Assembly (NCBI GenBank): GCA_902581445.1
Contig: CACHOG010000002.1
Coordinates: 26,187 to 90,186 of the forward strand
Length of the DNA: 64,000 nt
Direction of reading: 5' to 3'
Source: an uncultured Pelagibacteraceae bacterium
GTDB lineage: Bacteria; Pseudomonadota; Alphaproteobacteria; Pelagibacterales; Pelagibacteraceae
The notes under the pieces were generated by a model that saw only the letters and a list, made by a program, of their open reading frames with translations, was not told the DNA's origin and searched no databases. The position numbers were made by a program, and so were the translations under genes. Position 1 is the stretch's first letter. The number at the start of each line of letters is the position of its first letter. This document shows, in pieces, positions 1-11,182 of the stretch.

Positions 1-110
1 AAACTCCAACCTGGACTCATTGGTTTCGTTGCTTTCTCTGCAGAAAAAGAAGAAATGTTTATTGAATTATAAATTAGTAAAAAAAAAAAGATAATTACAA
101 ATTTTTTCAT
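1..110 (-). CDS. petC: Cytochrome c1, N-terminal fragment (runs off the window)
   Basis: Manual translation [37 protein letters not shown]: signal peptide plus WSF motif; ATGA overlap with the petB stop. Confidence 0.85.
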   Translation of the reverse strand, partial: MKKFVIIFFFLLIYNSINISSFSAEKATKPMSPGWS

Positions 111-1366
111 AATTTGTCTTTTCTTTGCCTTACCGCAGAGGCACTAACTGATCCACCTAGTACAGGCTCTGTTATACTCAATGGCACATCCAGGACTTTT
201 TCTTTTCTACTCAATATTGGTAAAATTATTAAAAAATGAGCAAAATAATAAGCAGTAGCTACTCTTGCAACTAAAAGATAAATTCCTTCTGCAGGCATTG
301 CCCCAACATATCCAAGTATTAAAACATCAGCTACGAGGAACCAGTAAAATTGTTTATATAACGGTCTGAAAATTGCTGACCTTGTTTTTGAAGTATCAAG
401 CCATGGAAGTATTACTAGAATAAATAAAGCGCCAAACATTGCAATTACACCCAAAAGTTTATCAGGTACAGACCTTAAAATTGCATAAAAAGGAAGTAGA
501 TACCATTCTGGAACGATGTGTGCAGGGGTAACCATTGGATTTGCCTCAATATAATTATCAGCGTGGCCAAGAATATTCGGAGAATAAAAAACAAAGAAAG
601 CAAAAACTATTAAAAAAATTAATAATGCAAATAAATCTTTAATAACAATGTAAGGGTGAAAAGGAACAGTGTCTTTAGATGGTTTTTTTAAATCAATACC
701 AATTGGATTATTATTACCCGGCACGTGGAGAGCCCAAATATGAAGCACTACCAGACCTAGTATCAAAAATGGAATTAAATAATGTAAACTAAAGAAACGA
801 GTTAAAGTCGGGTTATCTACTGAATAACCTCCCCATAACCATGTAACTATACTTTCTCCAACTAACGGAATTGCACTAAAAAGATTTGTGATAACTGTTG
901 CTCCCCAGAAGCTCATTTGACCCCAAGGTAAAACATAACCCATAAATGCTGCAGCCATCATGAGTATGTAAATTATCATTCCTAAAATCCATATTATTTC
1001 TCGAGGAGATTTATAAGAACCATAGTACAAAGATCTAAATATATGAATATAGACAGCTAAAAAAAACATTGATGCACCATTTGCATGAACATACCTTATA
1101 AGCCATCCATAATTTACATTTCTCATAATATGCTCCACACTTCCAAAAGCTAGGTCTGCATGAGCAACATAATGCATTGCTAAGATTAATCCTGTCACAA
1201 TTTGAGTAATTAGACAAAATGTTAATATTCCCCCAAAGGTCCACCAATAATTTAGATTTTTTGGTGTTGGATAATCAGTTAAGTGTTTTCCAAGTGTTAG
1301 AAGGGGTAAACGGTCGTTAAACCATTTTCCAAATTTTGAACTAGGAGTGTATTCGTTATCGCTCAT
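107..1366 (-). CDS. petB: Cytochrome b of the bc1 complex
   Basis: PEWY motif, heme-ligand histidines, [15 protein letters not shown]. Confidence 0.98.
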   Translation of the reverse strand: MSDNEYTPSSKFGKWFNDRLPLLTLGKHLTDYPTPKNLNYWWTFGGILTFCLITQIVTGLILAMHYVAHADLAFGSVEHIMRNVNYGWLIRYVHANGASMFFLAVYIHIFRSLYYGSYKSPREIIWILGMIIYILMMAAAFMGYVLPWGQMSFWGATVITNLFSAIPLVGESIVTWLWGGYSVDNPTLTRFFSLHYLIPFLILGLVVLHIWALHVPGNNNPIGIDLKKPSKDTVPFHPYIVIKDLFALLIFLIVFAFFVFYSPNILGHADNYIEANPMVTPAHIVPEWYLLPFYAILRSVPDKLLGVIAMFGALFILVILPWLDTSKTRSAIFRPLYKQFYWFLVADVLILGYVGAMPAEGIYLLVARVATAYYFAHFLIILPILSRKEKVLDVPLSITEPVLGGSVSASAVRQRKDKL

Positions 1367-1370
1367 TTAC

Positions 1371-1880
1371 TTAACCTATCTTTATAGTATTACTATTTAC
1401 AAATTCGTATTTAGGCACTTCCATATTTGTTGGAGCAGGACCTTTTCTTATCCTTCCAGATGTATCATAATGTGATCCATGGCATGGGCAAAACCATCCT
1501 CCATATTCACCTTTATCACCTAATGGCACACACCCTAAATGTGTACAAACTCCTAACATAACAAGCCACTCTGGGTCTTTGGCTCTATCCTCGTCTTTCT
1601 CTGGATGCTTTAATTCATCTATGTTAACATCTCTTGCTTTTGCAATTTCTTCATCAGTTCTTCTTCTAATAAAAACTGGTTTTCCTCTCCACAAGACTGT
1701 AATGGACTGACCCTTCTCTACGTTACTAATGTCAACCTCGGTGCTGGCTAACGCTTTTACTGATGCATCAGGGTTCATTTGGTCAATCAAGGGCCAAACT
1801 GTTGCTCCTACCCCAACTGCTCCAACTGCATAAGTTGCTGTGAATATGAATTCTCTTCTTTTGACTTTTTTTTCCGACAT
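1371..1880 (-). CDS. petA: Rieske iron-sulfur subunit of bc1
   Basis: CTHLGC and CPCHGS motifs, Tat-like RREF signal. Confidence 0.98.
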   Translation of the reverse strand: MSEKKVKRREFIFTATYAVGAVGVGATVWPLIDQMNPDASVKALASTEVDISNVEKGQSITVLWRGKPVFIRRRTDEEIAKARDVNIDELKHPEKDEDRAKDPEWLVMLGVCTHLGCVPLGDKGEYGGWFCPCHGSHYDTSGRIRKGPAPTNMEVPKYEFVNSNTIKIG

Positions 1881-1952
1881 TTCAATTCTATATTAATATT
1901 ATCTAATATATGATTTCATATAATAAAAAAGCATAATATTTCCACTGTTAGA

Positions 1953-2423
1953 ATGACACATTATAAAGCCAAATTTACTCCTAAAATAGCCTTATACGAG
2001 CCAGACATACCTCAAAATACAGCTGCAATTATTAGAACTTGTGCTTGTCTAGGTGCACAATTAGAAATTATTGAACCTTGCGGTTTTCTTCTTAGCGACA
2101 AAAGATTTAAACGGGTCGTGATGGACTATATGGACACTAAAAATATAAATTTTTATCAAAGTGATGAGGAATTTTTTGATGCTAAATCAAACGATAGAGT
2201 AATTTTAATTACAACAAAAGCGAAAAAATTATATACTGATTTTAAATTTAACATAAAAGATACTTTGCTTTTTGGTAAAGAAAGTGTTGGCGTACCAAAA
2301 AAAGTTCATGATTTGTTAAAACAAAAAGTAAAAATTCCAATGGTAGATAAAAAAAGATCACTAAACTTGTCCACATCAGTTGCAATAATTTTAAGTGAAA
2401 GCATAAGACAGCTTAAGATTTAA
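1953..2423 (+). CDS. trmL: tRNA (cytidine/uridine-2'-O)-methyltransferase, SPOUT family
   Basis: PDIPQNT, FGKES.G and RSLNLS motifs. Confidence 0.9.
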   Translation: MTHYKAKFTPKIALYEPDIPQNTAAIIRTCACLGAQLEIIEPCGFLLSDKRFKRVVMDYMDTKNINFYQSDEEFFDAKSNDRVILITTKAKKLYTDFKFNIKDTLLFGKESVGVPKKVHDLLKQKVKIPMVDKKRSLNLSTSVAIILSESIRQLKI

Positions 2424-2424
2424 A

Positions 2425-3246
2425 ATGGAAATTTCTTCAAAGAAAAATATTGTAAGAAACTGGTTTGTAATTTTACAAGACATTATTGCAAGTGATATTG
2501 AAAAATTAGAAAATAAAAAAAATATTTTCAAAATTAAAAATTGGTCAAGAGGTCCAAATCAAGGAGGTGGACAATTTCGAATTTTTGAAAATGGAAAGCT
2601 TTTTGAGAAAGTTGGTGTAAATTTTTCAGAGGTTTATGGTAAATTTCCCAAAAAATTTAAAGGACAAATTCCTGGAACAAAAAAAAATCCAAATTTTTGG
2701 GCATCAGGTATATCGGTTGTTATGCATATGAAAAATCCTCATATACCTGCTATGCATTTCAATACAAGGTATATTGTTACTTCTCATGGATGGTTTGGGG
2801 GAGGAATGGATGTAACGCCATGTTTGAGAGATGAAACTTTAAAAAGATGGCTTCACAATGAATTAAAAAAAACATGCAACAAGCATAACAAAAATTATTA
2901 CAGAAAATACAAAAAGTGGTGTGAAAAATATTTTTTTTTACCTCACAGAAACGAGGAGAGAGGGATTGGTGGTATTTTTTTTGATTACAAAAAAGGGAAT
3001 TGGGAGAAAGATTTTGCATTTGTTAGAGATGTTGGATTATCATTTACTAAAATATTTAATGAAATAGTAAAAAAAAAAAGAAAAAGGAAATGGACAACAA
3101 AACAAAAAGAGCTTCAATACTTAAAAAGAGGTAGATATGTTGAGTTCAATCTTTTATATGATAGAGGTACTAAATTTGGATTACAAACGGGAGGGAATGT
3201 AGAAGGAATATTAATGTCCTTACCGCCAGTCGCCAAATGGAAATAA
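2425..3246 (+). CDS. hemF: Oxygen-dependent coproporphyrinogen III oxidase
   Basis: [35 protein letters not shown]. Confidence 0.97.
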   Translation: MEISSKKNIVRNWFVILQDIIASDIEKLENKKNIFKIKNWSRGPNQGGGQFRIFENGKLFEKVGVNFSEVYGKFPKKFKGQIPGTKKNPNFWASGISVVMHMKNPHIPAMHFNTRYIVTSHGWFGGGMDVTPCLRDETLKRWLHNELKKTCNKHNKNYYRKYKKWCEKYFFLPHRNEERGIGGIFFDYKKGNWEKDFAFVRDVGLSFTKIFNEIVKKKRKRKWTTKQKELQYLKRGRYVEFNLLYDRGTKFGLQTGGNVEGILMSLPPVAKWK

Positions 3247-3247
3247 A

Positions 3248-3724
3248 ATGGAAAAAGAACCTATAACTGTAACTGGTTTGGAAAAACTAAAAACCGAATT
3301 AGTTTTTTTAAAAGAAAAAAAAAGACCAGAGATTGTTGCAGCGATATCTGAGGCAAGATCACATGGAGATTTAAAAGAAAACGCTGAGTATCATGCAGCT
3401 AAAGAGCAACAATCTTTAAATGAAGGAAGAATAGAGGAAATCAACGATAAAATTGCTCGTGCAAATGTCATTGATGTAACAAAACTTACTAACGATGGTA
3501 AGGTAATTTTTGGTTCGACAGTTTATTTAATAAATTTAGATACTGATGAAAAAATTGATTATAAAATTGTTGGAAAAGACGAAGCAGATTTAAAAAAAAA
3601 ATTAATTTTTTTTAAATCACCCATAGGAAAAGGTTTGATAGGTAAAAATAAAGGAGATCTAGTGGAAATTAATACGCCAGCAGGTTCTAAAAACTTTGAA
3701 ATTAAGGATGTAAAATATATTTAA
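3248..3724 (+). CDS. greA: Transcription elongation factor GreA
   Basis: [24 protein letters not shown]. Confidence 0.97.
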   Translation: MEKEPITVTGLEKLKTELVFLKEKKRPEIVAAISEARSHGDLKENAEYHAAKEQQSLNEGRIEEINDKIARANVIDVTKLTNDGKVIFGSTVYLINLDTDEKIDYKIVGKDEADLKKKLIFFKSPIGKGLIGKNKGDLVEINTPAGSKNFEIKDVKYI

Positions 3725-4995
3725 TTTTTTAGTATTTTTTTTAAATTTTTATCAGAGATTTTAAAATTGTTATTAATCCAAATATTCTCTATTTCTTTTA
3801 ATTTCTCGCCTACGATTTCTCCCTCGGGAATCCCAAAATCTCTAATTAAATCACCTCCGGTGATGGGTAATTTAGGTAATTCTTTATTTTTAAAATAATT
3901 AATTTGATTAAATAAGCTTTTATCAAATTTTTTAGAAGTAAATATTTTATAATTTAAAATATCGATCAATCCCTCTTTACCATTAAAATAAAATATTTTC
4001 CAAAGATTTTGAGATGTAAATTTAATAGGTAATTTTTTGCTAAAATAAAAATTTTTAATTAATTTAATTCTTTTTTGATTTTTTTTTGAAACATTAAATT
4101 TATAAAAAAAATAATCGGAATTATCTGTATCATCTAATATCAAAAGCGATAAGAAAAACTCAAAATCTAGACTATGCAAGTTTGATTTTGTATAATCATT
4201 TAATTTTTTAAATAATTCGATTTGTTTAAATTCTGGAAATACTGCAGAAATTATTTCGTAAGAAAATTTGTCTTCACACAATTTTATAAAGCAATTTGAT
4301 TTATAGGTTTTTTTCAATTCATCTAGCAATCTCTCTGATGATAGCTTTTTAATACCTGCTATATTTTTTTTAATTATTTTTTTAACTGCTAAGCAATGTT
4401 TATTTTTACTATATAACGTAAAAAATCTGAAATATCTTAGTATTCTTAGGTAATCTTCTTTTATTCTTTTTTCTGTTTCCCCTACAAATTTTATTAATCC
4501 GTTTTCTAAATCCTTTTTCCCATCAAAAGGATCAAATAAGTTTCCATTAATATCTGCATATATGGAGTTAATCGTAAAATCTCGTCTTTCAGCGTCTTTA
4601 ATCCAATCAGTTGTAAATTCTATTTCTGCATGACGTCCATCAGTTTTAATATCGCTTCTTAGCGAAGTAATTTCGAATTTATCATTTTCTATTAAAGCTG
4701 TAATTGTTCCGTGTTCAATACCAGTATCAAAATAATTTATATTTTTATTTTCCAGAGCTTCTTTTACTTTTGTTGGCTCTATATTTGTTGCTAAGTCGAT
4801 ATCATCAACTTTTTCATTATTAATAATTTTTCTTACACAACCTCCAACATATCTTACCTCTGCTACGTTTGAATAACTTTCAATAGCATCAAAAATTTTT
4901 TCTACATTCGTATTTTTTCTTAACTTGATAAATCTGTGATTAATAGTGTTTAGGTTTTTTGTTGAAGTAAAAATTCTATTTAAAATATTTAGCAT
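3721..4995 (-). CDS. cca: CCA tRNA nucleotidyltransferase
   Basis: [28 protein letters not shown]. Confidence 0.92.
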   Translation of the reverse strand: MLNILNRIFTSTKNLNTINHRFIKLRKNTNVEKIFDAIESYSNVAEVRYVGGCVRKIINNEKVDDIDLATNIEPTKVKEALENKNINYFDTGIEHGTITALIENDKFEITSLRSDIKTDGRHAEIEFTTDWIKDAERRDFTINSIYADINGNLFDPFDGKKDLENGLIKFVGETEKRIKEDYLRILRYFRFFTLYSKNKHCLAVKKIIKKNIAGIKKLSSERLLDELKKTYKSNCFIKLCEDKFSYEIISAVFPEFKQIELFKKLNDYTKSNLHSLDFEFFLSLLILDDTDNSDYFFYKFNVSKKNQKRIKLIKNFYFSKKLPIKFTSQNLWKIFYFNGKEGLIDILNYKIFTSKKFDKSLFNQINYFKNKELPKLPITGGDLIRDFGIPEGEIVGEKLKEIENIWINNNFKISDKNLKKILKN

Positions 4996-4998
4996 ATC

Positions 4999-5073
4999 TG
5001 GCTGGGGCGCTAGGATTCGAACCTAGGAATGGCGGTACCAAAAACCGCTGCCTTACCACTTGGCTACGCCCCA
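4999..5073 (-). tRNA. tRNA-Gln (anticodon UUG), CCA encoded
   Basis: Reverse complement TGGGGCGTAGCCAAGTGGTAAGGCAGCGGTTTTTGGTACCGCCATTCCTAGGTTCGAATCCTAGCGCCCCAGCCA folds as a cloverleaf with TTG anticodon and GTTCGAA T-loop. Confidence 0.97.
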
Positions 5074-5101
5074 AAATTTATCTATTTTATATCGCAACTT
5101 T

Positions 5102-5941
5102 TTATATTATTTTAGTTATAATAAAAAAACATTTATTTAATTTCCTTTTATAAATTTTCAACGCATTTTTTGCAAATTTATTTGAATTAAAATACATAAT
5201 TATCGCAGACCCAGAACCTGTCATTCTCACAAATTTGGCTTGTTTATTTTGATTGAGTAAATTTTTTATTCTTTTTAAAGCTGGATACAAATTGAAGGCG
5301 CTTTTTTCTAAGTCATTTTTACCATTAAGAATGATATTTTTATCAATTTTTGTTTTTATTTTTTTAAACTCAGACTTAGAAAAAGTTTTGTTTGATGAAT
5401 ATATTTTCTTAGTTGAACAACCAAAATTAGGCTTAACAATTAAAATATGATATTTTTTAATATTTTTGACTTCTTTAATAGATCCATCTTTGAATAAAAT
5501 CTTTGGCTTACTATTTAATCCTAGAATAACATCAGATCCAATTTTTAAAGAATATTTTTTTAATTTATTTAAATTTATAAGCTTTTTTTTATAAAAATAA
5601 TTTAATAGATTTGCTGCATTCATTGATCCACCACCCATCCCGGATTTAAGTGGAATCTCTTTTTTTATAAGAATTTTATATTTATTTTTTAATGCATTAT
5701 CCTTGTCTAACAAGCTAAGTAGCTTTGTAACTGTATTCTTTTTTGAAATATTTTTTGAAAATTTTCCTATAAATTTAACTTTATGATATTTTAAGTTGTG
5801 CTTATTTATGTAAATCTTATCAGATAGGTTTACAAAACAAATAAGAGACTCAATTAAGTGCAATTTTTTTTTTTTTGATTTTCTGATTACATTTAAATTA
5901 AGATTAATCTTTGCTCGAGAATTAATTCTATAAACTCTCAT
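5102..5941 (-). CDS. ispE: 4-diphosphocytidyl-2-C-methyl-D-erythritol kinase
   Basis: AKINLNL, IPLKSGMGGGS, MTGSGS GHMP motifs. Confidence 0.92.
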   Translation of the reverse strand: MRVYRINSRAKINLNLNVIRKSKKKKLHLIESLICFVNLSDKIYINKHNLKYHKVKFIGKFSKNISKKNTVTKLLSLLDKDNALKNKYKILIKKEIPLKSGMGGGSMNAANLLNYFYKKKLINLNKLKKYSLKIGSDVILGLNSKPKILFKDGSIKEVKNIKKYHILIVKPNFGCSTKKIYSSNKTFSKSEFKKIKTKIDKNIILNGKNDLEKSAFNLYPALKRIKNLLNQNKQAKFVRMTGSGSAIIMYFNSNKFAKNALKIYKRKLNKCFFIITKII

Positions 5942-5946
5942 TATTT

Positions 5947-7629
5947 TTAAGATAAACCGTTGATTAATTTTACCTTAATTTTTTCTATCATTTCTTTTTC
6001 AGCATCGTCCATTTTAAGTACACTATTCCAAAAATATTTAGCTTGAATTTTTCTATTCAATTTCCATAGAATATCCCCATAATGATCGTTTACGATAGGA
6101 TCGTCTGGCATTAATTCTAAAGCTCTTCTCATATATTTTTCAGCATCATTATATTTTCCTAATAAAAAATATCCCCACCCTACTGAATCAATTATATAAG
6201 GGTCATTTTCATTTTCTTTATAAGCTTTCTCCAGCATTAATATAGCTTTGTTAATATTTTGATTCCGCTCCAACCATGAGTAAGCTAAATAATTCAATAC
6301 ATATGAATTGTTTGGTATTATTTCTAATGCTTCTAATAAATCTTTATCTGATTTTTTATATTTGCCTATCCTTTCAAAACTTCCACCTCTTCTGTAAAGT
6401 AAATCTGCGTAATTAAGACTATCTCTGTCCATAATATTCATTACAGAAGTATATAACTCTATTGCTTTCTCGTATTTTTTGGAATTTTTATAAATGGTCG
6501 CTAGGTCAAATAGAACTTTAGTTGATGGATTTTTTATATTCTTAAAATTTTTTTCAATGTATTTTAAAGCTTCTTCTTTATTTTTTTTTTCAGTAATTAT
6601 CTTTGCTTCTTGCTTAATTTTGAACCAATAATAAAGGTCATCTTTTGAATTAAATAATTCTAAAACTTTTAAACTTTGCTCGTTATTCCCATTTAAGTAA
6701 TAATTATCTGCCATTAAAGATAAATTTATTTTAAATTTTTTATTTAAAAAATATGATATATTTAAGTAAAAATTTGACTGTTCATATTCATCTTGGGATG
6801 AATATAAATTAGAAACTAAATAAAAAAACTCAGCTAAAATATCATTTTCATTTTTACAGGAAAAGATTTGTTTAATTTCATTAAAATTATTTTTATCAAT
6901 CCATGATTTTGTTTGTAAGATTATTAAGTTGCTTGACAATTCATCAATTTCCATTGAAATTTCTTTAACTAAATCAAATCTTTTTTTATGAATAAGATAA
7001 TTTACATAAAAAAACAAATACCTCGAATAATCAGCCGCTTCTGAACTTTGCAATCGATTAAAGTAATCTAAGGTTTTTGGATAATCTAAATAACAACTTT
7101 GAAATGCATTATTTATGGCTATCAAATTACCAAAATTAGATTTGAAATTACTCATTTTTTTTTCTTCAAATGTATAAGTGTAATCCCTTAGTGTCTCATA
7201 AATAACTTTCTCAAAAGTTCCACTCTCAATGTATTCAGCAGTAGTATCTAGATAAATTTTGGTTTTATCAAAATTTTTTTTAATAATGCTATCTATCAAT
7301 AAAAGTAGCTGTGCTTCAAAAAATTCTGATTGGTTTTTATTCTTTAAAAATTTTATTTCTTGTATGGCCCTATCAACATTTTGATTTAGCACTAATGAGA
7401 AAATCAGCCTCTTAAAATACTCTTCATGTTTATTTAATAATTGTTTTGAAGTTTTAAAATATTTAAGAGCCTGCTCATTTTTTTGGTTATTATGAGAAAT
7501 AACTCCTGAAAAATAATTTGATAACACCTTAGAGTTAAAATCATCTAAGTAAATATTTTTGGATTTCGCCTCAAAGGTGAAAAAAAATATAAATATAGTA
7601 CAGATTATTTTAGTGTTTTTTGTTATCAT
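5947..7629 (-). CDS. Exported tetratricopeptide-repeat protein
   Basis: Signal peptide; TPR motifs LNYLAYSW, IIDSVGWGY, DHYGDILW; usual neighbour of ispE. Confidence 0.85.
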   Translation of the reverse strand: MITKNTKIICTIFIFFFTFEAKSKNIYLDDFNSKVLSNYFSGVISHNNQKNEQALKYFKTSKQLLNKHEEYFKRLIFSLVLNQNVDRAIQEIKFLKNKNQSEFFEAQLLLLIDSIIKKNFDKTKIYLDTTAEYIESGTFEKVIYETLRDYTYTFEEKKMSNFKSNFGNLIAINNAFQSCYLDYPKTLDYFNRLQSSEAADYSRYLFFYVNYLIHKKRFDLVKEISMEIDELSSNLIILQTKSWIDKNNFNEIKQIFSCKNENDILAEFFYLVSNLYSSQDEYEQSNFYLNISYFLNKKFKINLSLMADNYYLNGNNEQSLKVLELFNSKDDLYYWFKIKQEAKIITEKKNKEEALKYIEKNFKNIKNPSTKVLFDLATIYKNSKKYEKAIELYTSVMNIMDRDSLNYADLLYRRGGSFERIGKYKKSDKDLLEALEIIPNNSYVLNYLAYSWLERNQNINKAILMLEKAYKENENDPYIIDSVGWGYFLLGKYNDAEKYMRRALELMPDDPIVNDHYGDILWKLNRKIQAKYFWNSVLKMDDAEKEMIEKIKVKLINGLS

Positions 7630-7635
7630 TTAAAA

Positions 7636-8325
7636 ATGGCCAATAAGGAAATCTTAAATCAAGAGTTTTTAAAATCAATAGAATCTCAGTATATTTTTGA
7701 TAACGCGCCTATTAATCGCTTTAGGAAAAACAAAGAAAATGTTGGAACTGATAAAAAATTGATCGATCTCAAAGATAAAATAAAATCAATTGAGGATTGT
7801 GAGCTTAAAAAATTTTCAAAAAATATAGTTTTTGGTGATGGCAATCCAAAAAGTAGGATTATGTTGGTAGGTGAAGGTCCAGGAGAAAAAGAAGATATGG
7901 AAGGTAAACCATTTGTTGGGGATGCTGGGGTTTTACTCAATAAGATGTTAAATGCAATAAAAATTAAAAGAGAAAATATTTATATTACTAATGTAGTCAA
8001 TTATAGACCTCCTAATAATAGAAAACCTGAAATTTCAGAGATCAATAGATATTCAATTTTTTTACGTGAGCATATTTCAATTATTAATCCAAAAATATTA
8101 ATATTAATGGGTAGCACAGCTATGGAAGCTTTATTTGGTCAAAAACTTAAAATATCAAAAGAAAGAGGCAAATGGAAAGAAATAATAATAAGTCAAAAAA
8201 CTTTTATGACTTTTCTCACTTTTCATCCAGCGTATTTATTAAGACAACCCGATCAAAAAAAATTTTCTTGGGAAGATTTAAAAAATATAAGAAAAAAAAT
8301 TGATGAATTGAAAATAAAAATTTAA
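7636..8325 (+). CDS. Uracil-DNA glycosylase family 4
   Basis: VGEGPG..ED..G.PFVG, RPPNNR.P, HPAYLLR. Confidence 0.92.
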   Translation: MANKEILNQEFLKSIESQYIFDNAPINRFRKNKENVGTDKKLIDLKDKIKSIEDCELKKFSKNIVFGDGNPKSRIMLVGEGPGEKEDMEGKPFVGDAGVLLNKMLNAIKIKRENIYITNVVNYRPPNNRKPEISEINRYSIFLREHISIINPKILILMGSTAMEALFGQKLKISKERGKWKEIIISQKTFMTFLTFHPAYLLRQPDQKKFSWEDLKNIRKKIDELKIKI

Positions 8326-8906
8326 TGAAAAAAGTAATTGCTGGGGTTGATGAAGTTGGTAGAGGAAGTTTGGTGGGCCCGGTTTTTGCAGCTACAGTAA
8401 TATTTAAAAAACCTGTAGATAAAAAAAAAATTAAGGACTCAAAAAAACTTTCAAAAAATCAGAGAAACTTATTAGAAAAATATATTAAAAAAAATAGTAT
8501 TTGGACAATTGGCTCTGCTTCATTGAAAGAAATTGAAAAACTAAATATATTGAATGCAAGTTTACTAGCAATGAAACGATCTATAAAAAAACTAAAATCT
8601 AAACCATCTTTAATAATGATTGATGGCAATAAGTTGCCAATAATCAATGGTTATAAATTAAAGTCTATAATTAAGGGTGACCAAAAAGTAGCTGAAATTT
8701 CAGCAGCATCTATTATTGCTAAAGTTTCTAGAGATAGACTAATATCAAAAATGTCAAAAAAGTTTGTAAAATATGCCTGGAATAAAAATTTAGGCTACGG
8801 CACAATTCAGCATTTGAAAGCGATTAAAAAATTTGGCGTTACAAAGCATCACAGAAAAACATTTAGCCCTATACACAATATATTGAGTCTCAAAAAAATC
8901 TCATAA
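8325..8906 (+). CDS. rnhB: Ribonuclease HII
   Basis: GVDEVGRG, DSKKL, AASIIAKVSRD. Confidence 0.96.
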   Translation: MKKVIAGVDEVGRGSLVGPVFAATVIFKKPVDKKKIKDSKKLSKNQRNLLEKYIKKNSIWTIGSASLKEIEKLNILNASLLAMKRSIKKLKSKPSLIMIDGNKLPIINGYKLKSIIKGDQKVAEISAASIIAKVSRDRLISKMSKKFVKYAWNKNLGYGTIQHLKAIKKFGVTKHHRKTFSPIHNILSLKKIS

Positions 8907-8936
8907 CAAGAAGAGTCTTTTTTTTTCAATCACTGG

Positions 8937-8965
8937 TTGACGAGGATTCTACTCTGAAGTCTAAT
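8937..8965 (+). promoter_or_regulatory. Putative sigma70 promoter of ccrM with a GANTC site in the spacer
   Basis: TTGACG (8937-8942), N17, TCTAAT (8960-8965); GATTC at 8945-8949. Confidence 0.55.
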
Positions 8966-8978
8966 TAAATTTTGAAAA

Positions 8979-10052
8979 ATGATGTTGAAAAATTTACATA
9001 ATAAGATTTTAAACTCGGATAGCTTAAAAGAGTTAAAAAAAGTTCCTGATGAAACATTTGATTTAATTTTCGCAGATCCTCCATATAATTTACAATTACA
9101 AAATAGTTTAATTAGACCTGATAGATCAAAAGTAAATGCTGTAAACGACAAATGGGATCAGTTTGAGAGTTTTCAAGCGTATGATAAATTCACATCAGAT
9201 TGGTTGGGTGAATGTAAAAGAGTTTTAAAGAAAAATGGATCTATTTGGGTAATTGGAAGTTACCATAATATATTTAGAGTTGGAAAAATAATTCAAGATT
9301 TAGGTTTCTGGATATTGAATGATGTAATCTGGAATAAAAGTAATCCAATGCCAAATTTTAGGGGAACAAGATTTACAAACGCACATGAAACGTTGATATG
9401 GGCATCTAAAAGCAAAAAATCAAAATATACATTTAATTATCAATCAATGAAATCTTTTAATGATGATATACAAATGAGATCGACATGGAATTTGCCTATA
9501 TGTAATGGTAAAGAGAGATTGAAAAATAATGGAGTGAAGGTTCACTCTACTCAGAAACCAGAGGCCTTGCTTCATAGAATTATATTGGCCTCTTCAAATA
9601 AAAATAATTTTATATTCGATCCTTTTTTAGGATCGGGAACAACAGCAGTGGTTTCGAAAAAACTAGGTAGATCATACTTTGGCATTGAGAAAGAAAAAGT
9701 TTATTATGAAGCTGCAAGCAAGAGATTACAAAATACAAAAGAGATTAAAGACGAATACTTAGATGTAATTCAAAATAATAAATCAAAACCGAGAATTCCT
9801 TTCGGGTCTTTAATTGAATTGGGCGTAATTAAACCAGGAGTGGAAATTTACGATAAAAAAAAAGAGATTTACGCAAAAGTAATGGTTGATGGAAGTATTA
9901 AATATAAGAAAAGTGAAGGATCAATTCACAAGGTAGCTGCTAAAATATTGGGGTCTGAAAGTTGCAACGGTTGGACTTATTGGCATTATCAGTCAGGAAA
10001 AATCTTAAAACCAATCGATGATCTTAGGCAAAGATTAAGACCAAGAAGTTAG
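8979..10052 (+). CDS. ccrM: Cell-cycle regulated DNA adenine methyltransferase (GANTC), with C-terminal RAMA-type domain
   Basis: FADPPYNLQL, NPMPNFRGTRFTNAHET, HSTQKPE, DPFLGSGTT, CNGWTYW; downstream of rnhB. Confidence 0.95.
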   Translation: MMLKNLHNKILNSDSLKELKKVPDETFDLIFADPPYNLQLQNSLIRPDRSKVNAVNDKWDQFESFQAYDKFTSDWLGECKRVLKKNGSIWVIGSYHNIFRVGKIIQDLGFWILNDVIWNKSNPMPNFRGTRFTNAHETLIWASKSKKSKYTFNYQSMKSFNDDIQMRSTWNLPICNGKERLKNNGVKVHSTQKPEALLHRIILASSNKNNFIFDPFLGSGTTAVVSKKLGRSYFGIEKEKVYYEAASKRLQNTKEIKDEYLDVIQNNKSKPRIPFGSLIELGVIKPGVEIYDKKKEIYAKVMVDGSIKYKKSEGSIHKVAAKILGSESCNGWTYWHYQSGKILKPIDDLRQRLRPRS

Positions 10053-11182
10053 TTGTTATAAACTTTTCCCAAATAATTTTCTAAAAATTTGTCATTTTTA
10101 GAAAGATATTTCAAACAAATGTTTCTTAAAAGAATATTTAAAGGATTTGATAAATGGAATGCAAAATGATTGAGATTTGATCTTGAATTTATTTGTTTGG
10201 TTCTGAAAACTCTATTTTTATAATAATTTGAAGTATTGTTTCTTAAATTGTAAAAAAGCTCGTTTGCAGATTCTATTGATTGTGATGCACCCTGTGCAAA
10301 TGAAGGAGGAAATGCATAAAATGCATCCCCGGTTAAAAAAATATTATTAGATTTTGGTATAAGAAATTTTTTGCTCACAAAAATTGGAAAACATTTTGTT
10401 TTTTCAACCTTTTCAACTAAATTTAAATTTGATTTAGAGGAAATTTCGTTTAATAAATTTTTCTTAAAATTATTATCATTTAATAAATCTTTGTTGATTA
10501 TTTTCTTATGAATAAATTCTTTTCTAATTATAGCTATAAAATTAAATTCTTTATTTTGATTAATAGGATAAATCACAAAATGAAAGTTTGGCCCGAGGTA
10601 TAAAGAAATATCAAAGTTATAAAAATCTTTGATATTTCCTCTTAAAGCGATTGTATTGTAGTACTCTGGTAAACCTTCTTTCTTAAATAATATTTGTTTT
10701 GTTTTTGAATAAACGCCATCGGCGGCCACCAAATAATCAAATTCATCAGTTTTATTATCTGAAAATAAAAGCGATGCTTTATCCCCTTGCTTTATATCAT
10801 TAAGCTCATAATTTAAGATCAGTCTATCTTTTGGAATTCCGGCTAATAGAAATTCAATTAAGTTTGATCTTTTCAGGGTAGTATAATGATTATTTTCATT
10901 ATTAAACTTTAATAAGTCAATATCGCATATTTTTTTTGAGTCTTTTGCATTTAGAAAATTAACCTTTTTTGGAAAGTAAAGTTGATTATTGTTAAATTTG
11001 TTAAAACCAATATTATTAAGCAATTTAATACTATTAACAGACAATTGTATTCCATATCCATCATTTAAATTAATTGAATTTTTTCGTTCAAATATTTTAT
11101 ATGAATAAGATTTATTTTTTTCAATTAAATTTGCAAAAAACAAACCTGAAATACCCGCTCCTATTATTGCAATTTTTTTCAT
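10049..11182 (-). CDS. FAD-dependent monooxygenase (salicylate hydroxylase-like)
   Basis: GAGISG, ADG, GDA...PSFAQGASQSIE fingerprints. Confidence 0.85.
   Translation of the reverse strand: MKKIAIIGAGISGLFFANLIEKNKSYSYKIFERKNSINLNDGYGIQLSVNSIKLLNNIGFNKFNNNQLYFPKKVNFLNAKDSKKICDIDLLKFNNENNHYTTLKRSNLIEFLLAGIPKDRLILNYELNDIKQGDKASLLFSDNKTDEFDYLVAADGVYSKTKQILFKKEGLPEYYNTIALRGNIKDFYNFDISLYLGPNFHFVIYPINQNKEFNFIAIIRKEFIHKKIINKDLLNDNNFKKNLLNEISSKSNLNLVEKVEKTKCFPIFVSKKFLIPKSNNIFLTGDAFYAFPPSFAQGASQSIESANELFYNLRNNTSNYYKNRVFRTKQINSRSNLNHFAFHLSNPLNILLRNICLKYLSKNDKFLENYLGKVYNN

Noticed and set aside
4999-5073. tRNA-Gln as an integration site
   Set aside because: Flanked directly by core genes; no duplicated tRNA 3' end or integrase noticed
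8979-10052. Methyltransferase as part of a restriction-modification system
   Set aside because: Sequence and the rnhB linkage identify the solitary housekeeping CcrM; no adjacent endonuclease
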